DNA of 56,298 bases, counting the filler, from Platydemus manokwari (Eukaryota): the NCBI GenBank assembly GCA_037951405.1. It is 5 parts of 5 records of this genome, joined end to end, with 100 filler letters (N's around TTAATTAATTAA, not from the genome) between each part and the next. Parts side by side here need not be neighbours in the genome. Positions count along the whole stretch, not along the records: positions 1 to 12,614 come from JBBMOY010046680.1; positions 12,715 to 23,701 come from JBBMOY010996637.1; 3 more parts are not named here. One strand, 5' to 3'. Below the pieces are notes generated by a model. It ran no database searches, was not told where the DNA came from, and saw only the letters and a list, made by a program, of their open reading frames with translations. The position numbers and the translations under genes were made by a program. Shown piece by piece: positions 1 through 12,759 of this stretch; position 1 is the stretch's first letter, and each line of letters opens with the position of its first letter.

Positions 1-99
1 TCCATGCAACTATTAACATAACAAAGTAAAACTGTCTGAAATATTAACTTAAAACTATTTTTGATTTACTCCTAAATGTAAAACAATGTCATTTAAAAA

Positions 100-1010
100 T
101 TTTTGTTTGAGAAAGGATTGTTAAATTCCGAAATTTATATTTCAGTTCAGTACTCTCAATTGTCGGGATGTAATTATTATCTTATTTGGTTGTATACTCA
201 ACTGATTGTTTGTCTATTAATTGAGTCACAGTTTGTACAATTTGTTCCCTTCAATATAGCATTTTTGATTGTTTCATGGAATAATTCCATTTTCAAAGTT
301 CATAACTATTCATCTGTCGACACTGCCTCACTGTGTTTAGTTTCACTTTGCTTAATTTCACTTTCATTTTTTCCAGACTTAGTTTTTATACCATTTAGAT
401 TATGTCACCTGTATTCACTCTAGCAATAACATTGGGCATGCCCATCGAGATTTGTTCTATTCCTCGTGAATTCCGCACTATTTACTCTATATCCTTTATT
501 ATATCGTTAAACTCCTCCTAATGAAGCTTTGTTTCTTCAATTCAGCCCATTACATTTAAATTCATCATTGTTTCAATTATTTCTATTATTGTTACATCAT
601 TTCAGTCTGTTTTGATATATTAGATCATTTTCATTACGATCCCAGTACTTCTCTCCTTTTTTCGAGAATTACCTCTTCTACTCCACTAGTAATTGTGTCT
701 CGATGTCTAGTTACCATTATTATTCCGATTAGGATTGTACCCAACCCTATTATTATTTCCTCTTTTAGCTTCCGATTTCGATTATTATTATTTCTTCCAT
801 ATTCATATCATTACGAGTTTTTTTATGTCTTGTTCCTTCTGGAATCGTTCTAACAAATTTTTAAAATCTTGCCATTTCACGTTGTCCTCAGGTTTCTTCT
901 GATCTTTCTCTAATATATCTGTTGTATTTTTTCAAAATAGGTTTAATTTTTTCAACGAATTTCACTTCATTAATTTTGTATTCATTATGTCCATAAAGCC
1001 TTGACTTATT
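100..1010 (-). mobile_element. Possible highly decayed LTR-retrotransposon gag-like relic
   Basis: The minus strand gives broken K/E-rich coding-like stretches (KPEDNVKWQDFKNLLERFQKEQ; KLKEEIIIGL) and a possible eroded zinc knuckle near 400-435 (QCYC*SEYR*H). There are many stops and frameshifts. Confidence 0.25.
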
Positions 1011-1788
1011 TAAACTATTGTATTAGATTCATTTTGATTTGCAATATATTTTATTTTGTCTTATTTTACTGCTGTTTATTGAATTTTACTTTATTATCAT
1101 TTATATTTTAAATAATATTTTTATTATAATCACCCGAGTGTCTAGCAACAACAACATCTTATCTGTTTGGAGTCCAGATAAGTTGGAGATTTAGGGTAAC
1201 CATATTCTGGAAAATTAATAGCGTTAAAAAAATCCTTCTGACACTACGACATTAATCAAAATCTTTTTGCAAATACTGCATTTGTAATTTGAATTTAGTA
1301 CTAGTATATAAATACACATCAATCTTTAGCAGCTGTGGTATTTGCTGCCACCATCTTGAAGAACTGATTCACTTTTCGGGGACTATCGGCTTGAGTTCGA
1401 TTTTTTCGCTTCAGTCGGTCATTTCAAGCTTGGTCCCTTGGTATGTAATATTGTTCATACTGCTCTCTTCGTCCAGTTCTATCCGTTTTGTTTTGTCTTG
1501 GGTGACCGCCAATTTTTTTTAATGCAAATAATTTTAATGTTTTTAATGCTCCACTGATTTATTCTGTCCTTGAAATTAATTTCGGAATGCTTTAATAAGC
1601 ATGAGTTGTAGATTTTCTTCCATAATAATTTCACGTCTCATACACTATTTTACTCCATCGTATGTCAATGGTTTTCATGGTTTCCTCATATTAGACTTTA
1701 TATACTTCAAATGCAAATCCTCTTAGATGAAATGGTTTTCTAGCAAGTATTTGGCGCTTTCTTCTATCTGTTGGAGTTCTTAATTTCT

Positions 1789-1818
1789 TTATATATATAT
1801 ATATGTGTGTGTGTGTGT
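1789..1818. repeat. Compound (TA)n(TG)n microsatellite
   Basis: Directly visible tatatatata...tgtgtgtgtgtgtg run. Confidence 0.9.
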
Positions 1819-2109
1819 GGATGAGCGTGTGAGTTTGATACTACCGGTTGAAGCACTATGTCAATCGCGTAGATGCGTGCTCTTAAAAGTCGTGATAAAA
1901 AATAAATCAACACAAAGAATGCAACAGCAAGGTATATTCGTTTAATCAACTAAATACAAATATATCAGCTTGTTTAACAATTAAATGATGATGAATCCAA
2001 TTTAAATTTTATTTCGCAACCAAACTTAATTATTCAATCAAACAACATTTCCAATTTATTCAATCACGCAGATTAATAAAAATGCATACTAATTCTTCGT
2101 CCAAACAAT

Positions 2110-4260
2110 ATTTCAAAAGGAGAATGTTGAATTGGACTCTGATATATTGCATCGATGATGAATTCTATCCGAAGTATTAATTTATCCAAAGCCTGTTTCT
2201 CTGATGCCATCGATGTTACCACCATATCTCCGACAATCCTAATCATCCTTTCGGCTAAGCCATTTCCCTGATGGGGAGATAAATTCCGGTTTTAATCCAA
2301 AACGTGTCTCTAATTCCTTCATTTCCCTTCTCTCGAAGACTCTACCCCCATCAGTGAGCATTGATTTTGGAGCACCATATCTATAGATCTATTTATTGAT
2401 GATGGACTTGGAAATACTTGTTTCGTCTTGTCGAATAAGTGTATCCAAACTTACTAACTTATTAAATCTATCTACAATAACCAACAAACATTTGGTTTTA
2501 GTAATAAATTCCGAGAGGAGCAACATCAACAACAATCTGATCTAGAGGTCAAAACCCTTCCCTGGGAATCATAATTTCTTTAGTCCGTCCAGTGTATACC
2601 TTCCGTTTAGCACAAATATCACAATTCCGTATTGCATGTTCGATGCTTCGTTACATATTTGGCTAATCGGTTTGTTAGTTTTCTTCATGTATGTCAAGGC
2701 TTTGTGATCAGTGCGAGTCACAAATTTCTTTCCCAACAGATGATGTTTAAAATGCATAGTAAACTCGTGAATTGCTAAAAGCTCCTTCCTCGTTTTAAGT
2801 TCTAGAACCATAGGCTACTCCACTATATTTTCCATTTTCATCCAGCTGACTTAAAACGCCGTCAATCGCTCTAAAACCAGCGTCGGTATCTAAAATAATT
2901 TCTTTGTCCGTATCCGGAAAGGTCAAAATCGCGGCTGTGCATAATTTTTCCTTAAGGTTTCCAAAACTTTCTTCACACTCTGTAGTTCACTCCAATTTCT
3001 TGTCACTTCCAGTCATCATCGCATATAACGGAGCCGTAATAATTGTATAATCCTTGATAAATCTTCTGTAATAATTTCATAATCATAGGCACGACCTCAA
3101 CTAAGTGATACAATCAGGTTATATTGCTTACTTAATCTTATTTACTTTGTCGTCATTAGTTTCTATACCTTCTGCACTGACCGTATGAGCCAGGAAATTC
3201 AATTTTCTAGTGCCAAAAGTGCATTTCTCGGGATTGATTTTCAAACCTATTGATTTAATCAACCTAAATACCTTGTCCAGTTTCCCATTGTGTTCCTCTA
3301 CCGTTCTTCCATACATTAAAATATCGTCCAGATAAACAAAACGCCTTTGTAAATCAAGTTCTTTAATATAGTATTCATTAGACTTTAAAACGCTGCTGGT
3401 GCGATACATAATGAAAAAGGTAGTCTGTGAAAACAGAAGTGCCCAGTTCTCGAGCTGAAGGCCGTTTTCAACTTAGAATCTTCCTCAAGGTTAACCTGAA
3501 AATATTCTTGACCAAAATCTATAGTGGAGAAAACTGTCACTCCATACACAGAGTCCAATAATGTTTGTATATCAGGTACCGGAACAGAAATCTTTTCGGT
3601 CTATTCGTTTAATTTTTTAAAGTCTAAACACATCCTGATCGATCCATCTTTTTTAGGAACAACGACCAAAGGAGAGTTCCAAGAGCTCTTGCAAGAAGTA
3701 TAACATCACTTCTATCAAAGATTTTCTATCAATTCTTGGATTTTGGTTTCTAAATTTATTGGCTGCCTTTTGGGGTTTTGATCAATAGGTTCCAGATTTT
3801 CTTTTTACACCTATTCAATGAAATATTGTTGTTATCAGCAATACTCTTTAGTGCCATTTCGATTCTGTCTTGGTCGCTGTATTTCTTTTCCAGATCCTTG
3901 GCATCAATTGATTTTATTTCTGCAAGGAATTTTCCACAAGTCTTCATCATATAAACTCCTCCGGTAAATCCTGGTGAAATTTCTTTTACTACAATGATCG
4001 CCTTTATTAGAATTTTGTTTTTCAAAACTATTGGGATCCTTATTTTCCCTAGACACGATTTGTGTGTATTGGAGAATACACCAGCCAATCGAACGTCAGA
4101 ATTTTTAATCTCTGGCTTTCCAATGAGTCTACAATTGCTCTCGTTCATTACTGTTATTGATGCACCAGAATTCCATTACATTTTAATATGTGTACCGTTG
4201 CACTCAATTTTACTCCACTGTCTACCATCTGTTTTCGCAAAAATTTTCTGTCTCTCTTCT
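2110..4260 (-). mobile_element. Degenerate Ty3/Gypsy pol (protease-RT-RNase H-integrase), copy 1
   Basis: Protease-like NSGASITV at about 4150-4172. RT: WNSPLVVVPKKDGSIRMCLDF (about 3620-3685) and VYLDDILMYGRT...GLKINPEKC (ORF 3128-3409). RNase H: IILDTDA and TRKELLAIHEF...TDHKAL (ORF 2569-2811). Integrase core: SILTDGGRVF and QGNGLAERMIR (about 2230-2370). Domain order is the Gypsy order; multiple frameshifts and stops. Confidence 0.95.
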
Positions 4261-5661
4261 CGTTTAGCTCAAGTCTGAGCGTTAATTAACATAAGTCGTT
4301 TCCATCAATATTTTATTCTATTTCAAAATCAAACGCGTTTTTTAATAATAATACAAAAATCTTTTTTTTAATCTAACTCTTTTTATTCCAGGAAAAATGG
4401 AAATAATTGAATTAATCTTCTCATCAGTATTGATAATTCTAAATTGGCAATATTTTTAGTTTAAATGGGTTTTATTTTTTATTTATCATTATTTTGATGT
4501 TCCGTGAATTATTGTGTTTTATTCAAATCGACTTCGAAATATGTTAATTTTTTGGTTAATACTTAATTTTTGTTCAAGCACATTGTTTATTTATAATATT
4601 AACACTTGTAACCGGTTAGAATTATCAACTGTTCAATCAGCAGACTCTTTGACCTTTTAATAATTTGCTCCAGAATTATTCTGCAGAAACAGAATATTAT
4701 TATTCTTACGTTTATTAAAGGTTTCCTAAGAGAAAGTTATTTTTCTTTAATTTTTAAAGAAAATTTAAAACTGACAAATAATATTGAAACAACTCATTTG
4801 ATAGAAATATTTAATAAAATTAAATTTAACTCTGATATCGAAAAAAATCGTACATTAAGTAAGAGCTTTTCAAATCCAAAAATTAGACATTAATTGGATA
4901 TATTTGATACTTGGATATATTATAAAAGAAAATCAAAATTATTTCATTCTTACAATGTTTCATGTTATAAAAATCAGGTTACACTAGAAATTAAAGTTCA
5001 TTTATTCATCAAGGATCACCATTTGTAACCAATATATGAAAATCTATACTAAAGCAGGTGTTCTTTGACCATTTTCTTCTTTGAAATTTTATCCAAAATC
5101 CTGAACATTGAAAATAAATAAAATCCACATCAATACAATTAATCCACCGGGTATTTATTGTGAAAACACAAAAATTTTACTGAAATATGTTCTTAGCATC
5201 TTTATAATTTCCAAATGAAACTTTTTCGATTAAAATAATTATTGTAAAATATAATATATAGTTTAATACACATTTTGTTAATACTTATTTATTTAAGTAT
5301 CGGTTCAGAACTTTGTTTATTTCTAACTAACGATTTTTCAATATTTAATTATATTTTAAATACACTTATATTTAACTCCGCTACTTCTAGTTGAACTGTT
5401 TTAGTAATTGATTTCATGCATTTTGGGCTCAGTAAATTTAAATTATATCTAATAAACTTAAATAACTTAAAATTTATTTTCAAAAACATTTTCGAAGAAT
5501 ATTGAAAGATTTCTCGAGTTTCTTAATCAACAAATGAATTAAATTTACAAAATTTACTCTTATCATGAAAAGATACTCTATATCGAGTATCAACAAAAAT
5601 TATAATACTTTTTTTCGAGTATTTGTGTACCAAAGTTGATAAACAACGGTTTGGGAGATCT

Positions 5662-6807
5662 CTATTGTCTCCATTCAGGATGATCTGATATCATACAAAC
5701 AGAAGTACCATGAAGTGTTCTTGGAAGAAACGTATTGTTAGGGAACCTTAACGAACGAAATGTTTTAATAGATGGCAAGTTATCGTTCAGGTTATTACTA
5801 CCAAAGTTTGGTCCTGCAAATCCATTTTGACTTTCATAGCTTGCGGAAATCTTAGCGCACAAAGTACGACAGAACTGTGAAAATCCAACCATAACTATTC
5901 GAAAAATGAAAATACACAACACATAGATCTGATAAATTATCGCTCCGTGAAAAAATGACGCTGAGCAAAATGTCTTGGAGAAAACATTTGTAGAACTGGC
6001 GTAATGAACAATAATAATTTCTTCTTTCTCAATTTTGTTTAAACTTTCAGTATACGGTACCATTATCCATGCGAATCCTATTGTATACCAGGTCACCGAG
6101 AATACGTACATACAAAATAAGAATATTGTTGAGGCAAATTGAAATACGTGAATACAAGGTAATGAATCTCGATGATTCTTAAGATTCCAAATCCATTTCC
6201 GAATCCATTCAACGATGACAATAATTATATGAAAGACTCCGGAAGTAATTAAGTAAGAATCTACAAATCCACAAAGACGATAATTGTTCATACCGATACA
6301 AATATAAATGAACTCCATTCCTATTATACTCAAACAACCAATTATCGACAATGTCAATGAAAGGTGATTGAAAAAACTTTTTCTTATTGGAATAATTCTT
6401 TGAAACTTGAACTCTGGGATTGATTGTGGTACATTCTTAGAATTAAGCAGTTGCAATTTAAGATGAGTATTATAATTCCCAAAGTCGTCGCCATTAATAT
6501 CATCTATCATCCTCACCATAAAAGGAGGTCTTTCTCTGTCTTTATCAGATTCCCATTTAATATGCACGGAATCGTTATCAAAATTCAATTTTGATTTGAG
6601 CTTCTCATAATCGTCTGTCTTTATTTCATTGTCAGGAGTTAGATTATCTTGGATTGATTTTGCAGTTTCCGTATTTGTGTCAGGAACGATTGTTGGTTTA
6701 ATATTTTTGTTTTCATCGCCTAAAGGTTGTGGTTGAGCGATCGGTGTTTGTGCTGGGGAAGGAGATTGTGTGGGTTCATTTGATTGCTTTACATCATTGC
6801 TAGCCAT
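5662..6807 (-). CDS. Intronless 381-aa four-pass membrane protein, TMEM272-like
   Basis: Long ORF with a P/Q/T-rich disordered N-terminus and four hydrophobic segments. The pattern IG..NY..C...YLI..G / F...W...G..W / C....F..A resembles the TMEM272 family. Confidence 0.8.
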   Translation of the reverse strand: MASNDVKQSNEPTQSPSPAQTPIAQPQPLGDENKNIKPTIVPDTNTETAKSIQDNLTPDNEIKTDDYEKLKSKLNFDNDSVHIKWESDKDRERPPFMVRMIDDINGDDFGNYNTHLKLQLLNSKNVPQSIPEFKFQRIIPIRKSFFNHLSLTLSIIGCLSIIGMEFIYICIGMNNYRLCGFVDSYLITSGVFHIIIVIVEWIRKWIWNLKNHRDSLPCIHVFQFASTIFLFCMYVFSVTWYTIGFAWIMVPYTESLNKIEKEEIIIVHYASSTNVFSKTFCSASFFHGAIIYQIYVLCIFIFRIVMVGFSQFCRTLCAKISASYESQNGFAGPNFGSNNLNDNLPSIKTFRSLRFPNNTFLPRTLHGTSVCMISDHPEWRQ

Positions 6808-7883
6808 TTTATCAAATTTGCTTTTATTATTAATTATTGACGATTAATATTAATTATTTTCAGAAAATCAATTTTAATTTAAGAAATTAAAATTTTTAAC
6901 ACTTATTTTATCTATATTTGTTGAAAAATCGAATAGAGTTGAGTAAAACATTTATTGATTCAAAAACAATTCTTTTTCTTCGGATTCAACTACCAATAAG
7001 CTATCGTTGAGTAGAGACGAAATCCCATAAATTATCTTCGAACCATTTATTTTAGCACTTTAGTCATTGTGTGGTAACACAGCCATACAGGCCTAGCAAG
7101 GAATCAGTAACAGCAGACTTAAATAGAAATTTCTAATTTGAAAAATTGGCATAATTACACAATAACACACATGGTATTTGACCAATTCGGATTATAAAAA
7201 TCTGTAAATATAATTCAAATTTGAGAACTAAAATATAAAATCAAAACTTCATACACAAATATCACATAAATATCAAGCACAAGTACTGATGTAAAGATAT
7301 GATATTTTTGTATTGATTTGTGGAGTATTTTTAATGATTTTAGAGTTGTGGATGTATGTGTTGATTAGCACAGTTTGCTAAAAATAAAACTTTGTAACCT
7401 TCAGTTCTTCAAATCTTCGAAATTGATTATCAATGAGAGTTAATTTCGCGAAGATTTTGGAAAACTTTAATAAATAAGTCATAAATAGAATTATCAATAA
7501 AGTGTTTTACTTCCGTTGATAAATGAACTTTGATAATGCTTTAAGAGCTAATTAAGATTTTGGTACACAAGCAATTTGACTTAAGACAGTTACTATTATT
7601 TTATATTTATTATTAATTTGAAAATATTTGTGACATATTAAAGAATTGGAAATTTTATTTGTGAAAACAGCCTAATTTGAAAACTACGTTTCTGAGATTA
7701 ACCTAGACTTTAGAATTCTTATTAAAATTATTTTAAAAGATATGAAGATATATTTAATAACTCATACTTTAGACATTATAATATGGCATATTCTAAGCTA
7801 TACAATATATTAAGTAGATCACAAAAATATACAAAATATTCATGAAAATCATAGAAATAGCCCTCAAAGGATTGATATACACA

Positions 7884-8065
7884 GATGCGATAAGCGCTCG
7901 TGCCAATAGCCAATCAGATTCTTCTACATATCATTCCATATTTTTAATTCAATAATTGACTGGCGCATACCAACTAATGGCATTAAACAAGGAGAGTCAC
8001 TTATGGTACGAGATATGTAAGAGAATTTGATTAACAAACTGACGTGTTGACGACTCTATCGAATG
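7884..8065. mobile_element. Degenerate foldback/MITE-like inverted repeat
   Basis: aatcagattcttctacatatcattccata (7912-7940) is an imperfect reverse complement of tatggtacgagatatgtaagagaatttgatt (8002-8032). Weaker symmetry extends outward. Confidence 0.4.
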
Positions 8066-8391
8066 AAAAGCAAAGCGTTGACACAACAATTGAGTATACT
8101 GTATTCTTTTAAAAATCAAATTATTGATAAGGCTTTATTTAAAAACACCATTTAATGTTTTTTACAACTAAAACGCATATTTTTAAAAAGATTTATTTAA
8201 TTTACTGGCTAAAAATCATGAGACACTGTTATTTAGTTTTGATAAAGCTTAATCATGAAATGGACAGTTTTGATGTAATTAAGATAAAATTAATTTAATT
8301 TAAAAATCAATTTTAAATCAACACATAAATTTTAGAATTGATTTATTATTTTTTCTCCCAAAATTTATATTAAAAATTTTAATAAAATTTA

Positions 8392-10706
8392 GTTGTGATG
8401 TGTGAATTATTCAGTTTGGATCATATCAATGATTTGAAAGAAGTTGAAGATATTTGTAAGAATAATTATTCATTTATTTTGCTATTCATTTTAATAGGCA
8501 GTAACTTATATAAGAAACTTGGCAAATCACAAAAGTTTTTTTTCAATTATTTATGTTATTAAGTTATTAATAATTGAAGAATTTTGTTAAATTAATATTT
8601 TATTAAGCTGTTCCGCTATTGTCACAGATTCCGATTATAATATTTTCCAGTGTTCAGCAAAAATATTCTCCAATATTCAGATTAAAGTCAAAGATAATTG
8701 TTATTTCATTTTCATTCAAATATAATCTTTATAGAATGTCTATTATAACATTGTGAAAGATTATGTCGAAATTCAGCACAACAGATATGGCTGTGGTGTC
8801 AAAACATTTATAGTCATGCTTGGATGTTTTTTACAACATATCATAATTTTATTGGAAGAGGTATGTAATTAATTGTATTATAATTTATGTTTCCTTAAGT
8901 AAAATTATAAACAATATATACATAAGTTTGATTTTCTATGAAATATTGAAATTACAGGATACTTTTAAAAATATTCAAATTTTCATGTTTATAAGGTCGT
9001 TTATACTTAAATTTAAGAATGATTTAATTTGCTAGTCTGATCATAAGAATTACTATTTAAATTTTGGTCACGCGTGTGTAAATAGATATGAGTTAGTATG
9101 TATTTGTTAAGTTTGCGAATCTGGTATAAAAAGATTTATTTAATGTATATCAGAATGTGTGCATGCCATTTTTATAGTTTGTTGAAAAATGATGATTGTG
9201 TGTCTGAACAAAGTTTGAAAGTTTGGTATTGAAAACATTAAAAATAAAGGCTTCGGAAGTAATTACGTGTGATATTTAGAGAGGATCATTATTTTTTAGG
9301 ACGTAAACTTGGTTTTCTATGGAAACATACAAGGAACAGAATATCTAGATAGATTCTTGATACTTAAAAGATAAAGAAATTTAGCGTTGTTGGTGAAAAA
9401 TCCTCTAGCCTATAAAGTGTGTCAATTGAGAGCTGAAATTTTACTTTATGACTTGTCAATATCTCTTGCCAAGAAAATTGCAATAACTAAGATTAATTAA
9501 AATAAAATGTAATTAAATAAATAAATTATAAAAGTAATTCATACATATAAACTCACGAGTAATTAAATCAATTTATGTTTGCATACTTGAATCACAAAGC
9601 AATGTGAATTTCTTCATTAAATTTAGATATAGGATGACCATTATTCCATTCACAACAGAAGCTCCACAGTAATTCAGACATTTACAATAAGCCATACCTG
9701 AGTACTAAATTCCTTATAACATTCAATCAAGTGGAGTAACGATAAGATGTTAGTTATATGAGAACAAAAACTTAAACAATTAACAGTAGTGACACGAAAT
9801 GTTTGTTTATTTAAGCAAGCTAGACTCTTTCTGCAGATATGTTTTTTGGTAATTGCATAATATATCTTTTAATTACTTTCTTATATATAATTTTTTATTT
9901 TGTCTTATATCTTACCACAAATTATAAATTATATACAATATTAGAAAGAATAGAAAAGCATCAATCTAATAAGGAATCTTTCTGTTTGGTAGAAACATTG
10001 AACTATGATTAACCTAGAATCTGAAGTAATTACCATAATAAATAACAATAATAACAACAATTCTTCCTTAATCATAATAGCTATCTAACATTTTATTTAA
10101 ATTCAGAAACTGAGCACCCTTTATATAATTCAAGGATTACAAGAAGGTTTGGAAATTTTAGTCCATTTGTATCGTAAATCTGGAAAAAAAATTGATAATC
10201 GTAACAGTTTTAAAGGAGATAAAATATTTGGACGAGAAACAACTGAGTTTTTTAAAAATAAAATTACAAAATACATGAATATAACGACAGCAAATTATGA
10301 AGAAGAAGGTCCAAATAATAGTTATTCGAAATATGTTCAAACCTTCGTTCACAAATTGTGCCATTATGAAGGTACGAATATGAGAAATATATTGTGGGAT
10401 ATTGTTAGAGAAATTCTATATCTTGATGATTCAAACAATGATACTCAATCAGTTTCCTCAGATTCTAATCCAATAAGAAATATTGGTGCTTTATTAAGCC
10501 ATACGTTTAGTTCACCTGGATTCAATGAACTCAGTGCATTGTCGATGAAATTTAAAGATGATATTCAAAATATCTTGACTCTTACAACAACACATTTTAT
10601 TGGAAATGAAATTGAGAATTTTTCTTTGCATTCAGGATTTCTTGTTCATATTACGCCAGAAGTGGGAATCGTTTTAAATAAATTTACAGGATTAAAAAAT
10701 TGTTTA
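8392..10706 (+). CDS. Partial multi-exon gene of unknown product
   Basis: Large exon from the acceptor ttcag at 10106 (KLSTLYIIQGLQEGLEILVHLYRK...) to the donor gtgagt at 10707, containing ORF 10149-10718. Smaller exon-like blocks with GT/AG ends at about 8393-8455, 8608-8690 and 8735-8860. Start and end not resolved. Confidence 0.55.
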
Positions 10707-11376
10707 GTGAGTTTTTAATAATAATAATGATAATTATTAATTAAAAATCAATTAATTAGTTATTTAATTTTTTCTTTATAATATTCGCAATGAATTGAGT
10801 GTGATATTTGCCAAAATAATTTTGGAATTTTAATAATTAAAAAATGGTTTGTAATTTCTTGTTTCTACCGTGATTAAAAACTGAATGAACTTTTTTTACG
10901 TAAGTTAAAATATTTTCAATTTCAACAAGATTTCCAGTGGAATCTTTTCATACTGTTTTACATTTTCTTTCAGTTAACAGCTGCTTAATTTTAATGTGCT
11001 AATTCTATCCGATAATTTATTTTTTTGACAACGAATAATTTCTTGAAAAATCACATTGTCGGAGGCTAATTAGAATTTTTAAAATCTTTGATCTTTTAGT
11101 TAAGAAACTCTAAGATATTACTTGTTCGAATATTAAATTTTTTCCAAAATTGCTTCTGGATTTTTAAAAATTGCTATTTACACTTTGTTATTATTAAAGT
11201 CATTTTTTAATATATATTTAAAAGCAATATTTTCGAAACATTTAATATGATTTGTGACGCATTAAAGTTTTCTTAAAAAATGTACAATGGGCTTCATAAG
11301 ACATGCAATTTTCTTATGATTATTAATAGCTGGTACATTTTTGTCCAAAGAGTCTTCTGTGAGTAATATAAAGAGT

Positions 11377-12614
11377 AAACCAAAATTCAAGAATTGATAG
11401 AAAATCTTCTCGAAAGTGATGTCATACCCTTTGCAAGAGCCCTTGGAACTCTCCTTTGGTCGTGGTTCCTAAGAAAGATGGATCATTCAGGATGTGTTTA
11501 GACTTTAGAAAATTAAACGAACAGTTTTCTTTTCCGATACCCGATATGCAAACATTATTGGACTCAGGGTATAGAGCGACAGTTTTCTCCACAATAGATT
11601 CAGGCCACGCATATTATCAGGTCAACCTTGAGGAAGATTCTAAAATCAAAACAACATTCAGCACGAGAACTGGGCATTTCTGTTTAAATATACTACCTTT
11701 TTCATTATGTACCGCGGCAGCAACGTTTCAGAGTCTATATTTAAGGATTTGATTGTTGTTTATCTTGGCGATATTTTAATGTATGGAAGAACGGTAGAGG
11801 AACAAAATGAGAAACTGGACAAGGTATTTAGGTTGATTAAATCAATAGGTTTGAAAATCAATCCCGAGAAATGCACTTTTTGCATTAGAAAATTGAATTT
11901 ACTGGAACATACGGTCAGTGCAGAAGGTATAGAAACTAATGACGACAAAGTAAATAAGATTAAGGAAGCAATAAAACCTGATTGCATCACTTAGGATTAT
12001 GAAATTATTACAGAAGATTTATCAAAGATTGCTCATTAGTCACTGCTCCGTTATATGCGATGATGACTGGAAGTGACAAGAAATTGGAGTGGAGTACAGA
12101 GTGTGAGGAAAGTTTCAAACATGGTTTGCAAACTAATCCAGATTCAATTTCGAAATTCAATATCAGAAGGGATCAGATCATGGAAATGCAGATGAACTCT
12201 CAAAGATAGCCGAAGCATTTTGTTCACAATGCTTAACTTAGAACCGGGGAGCTAAAGAAGATAAACCAAAAAGTCGGTTTATTAATGTTGTCGAGCATTA
12301 AATTGCAAATAATGACGAACTTAGAAAGATTCAACAAAAAGAAATTGTCGTTGATTCCATTTGAAAATGGTTAGGGAAAACGGAAACAGAAGTCAATTCA
12401 GTGGTCAAGATAAGTAAATGTTTTAACAGTTTGAGAAATATAAATTGTTTGAAGATATGGTAGTGTATAATGAAAATGGAAAGAAGCGAATTGTTGTGAC
12501 AGAGGTTCATTCGCAGTAACTTACGAGATACCTTCATTAAGAAATTGGTCGATTACATTCAAAAAATTTACTTCTGGCCAAATATGTCACGAAGCATCGA
12601 ACATGAAGTAAGGA
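11377..12614 (+). mobile_element. Degenerate Ty3/Gypsy pol, copy 2 (same family as copy 1, opposite orientation)
   Basis: VVVPKKDGSFRMCLDFRKLN and VYLGDILMYGRTVEE...GLKINPEKC are nearly identical to the reverse complement of about 2965-3752. RNase H is absent. It ends with an integrase zinc-region-like KKLVDYIQKIYFWPNMSRSIE before the gap. Confidence 0.93.
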
Positions 12615-12714
12615 NNNNNNNNNNNNNNNNNNNNNNNNNNNNNNNNNNNNNNNNNNNNTTAATTAATTAANNNNNNNNNNNNNNNNNNNNNNNNNNNNNN
12701 NNNNNNNNNNNNNN
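12615..12714. other. Assembly gap with TTAATTAATTAA spacer
   Basis: 44 N + ttaattaattaa + 44 N. Confidence 0.99.
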
Positions 12715-12759
12715 TAATATTATATATTTATAGATGATTCATTGATTAAAACAAATCAC

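Noticed and set aside
12659-12670. TTAATTAATTAA repeated four times inside N runs
   Set aside because: An artificial scaffolding spacer with stops in all frames, not biology.
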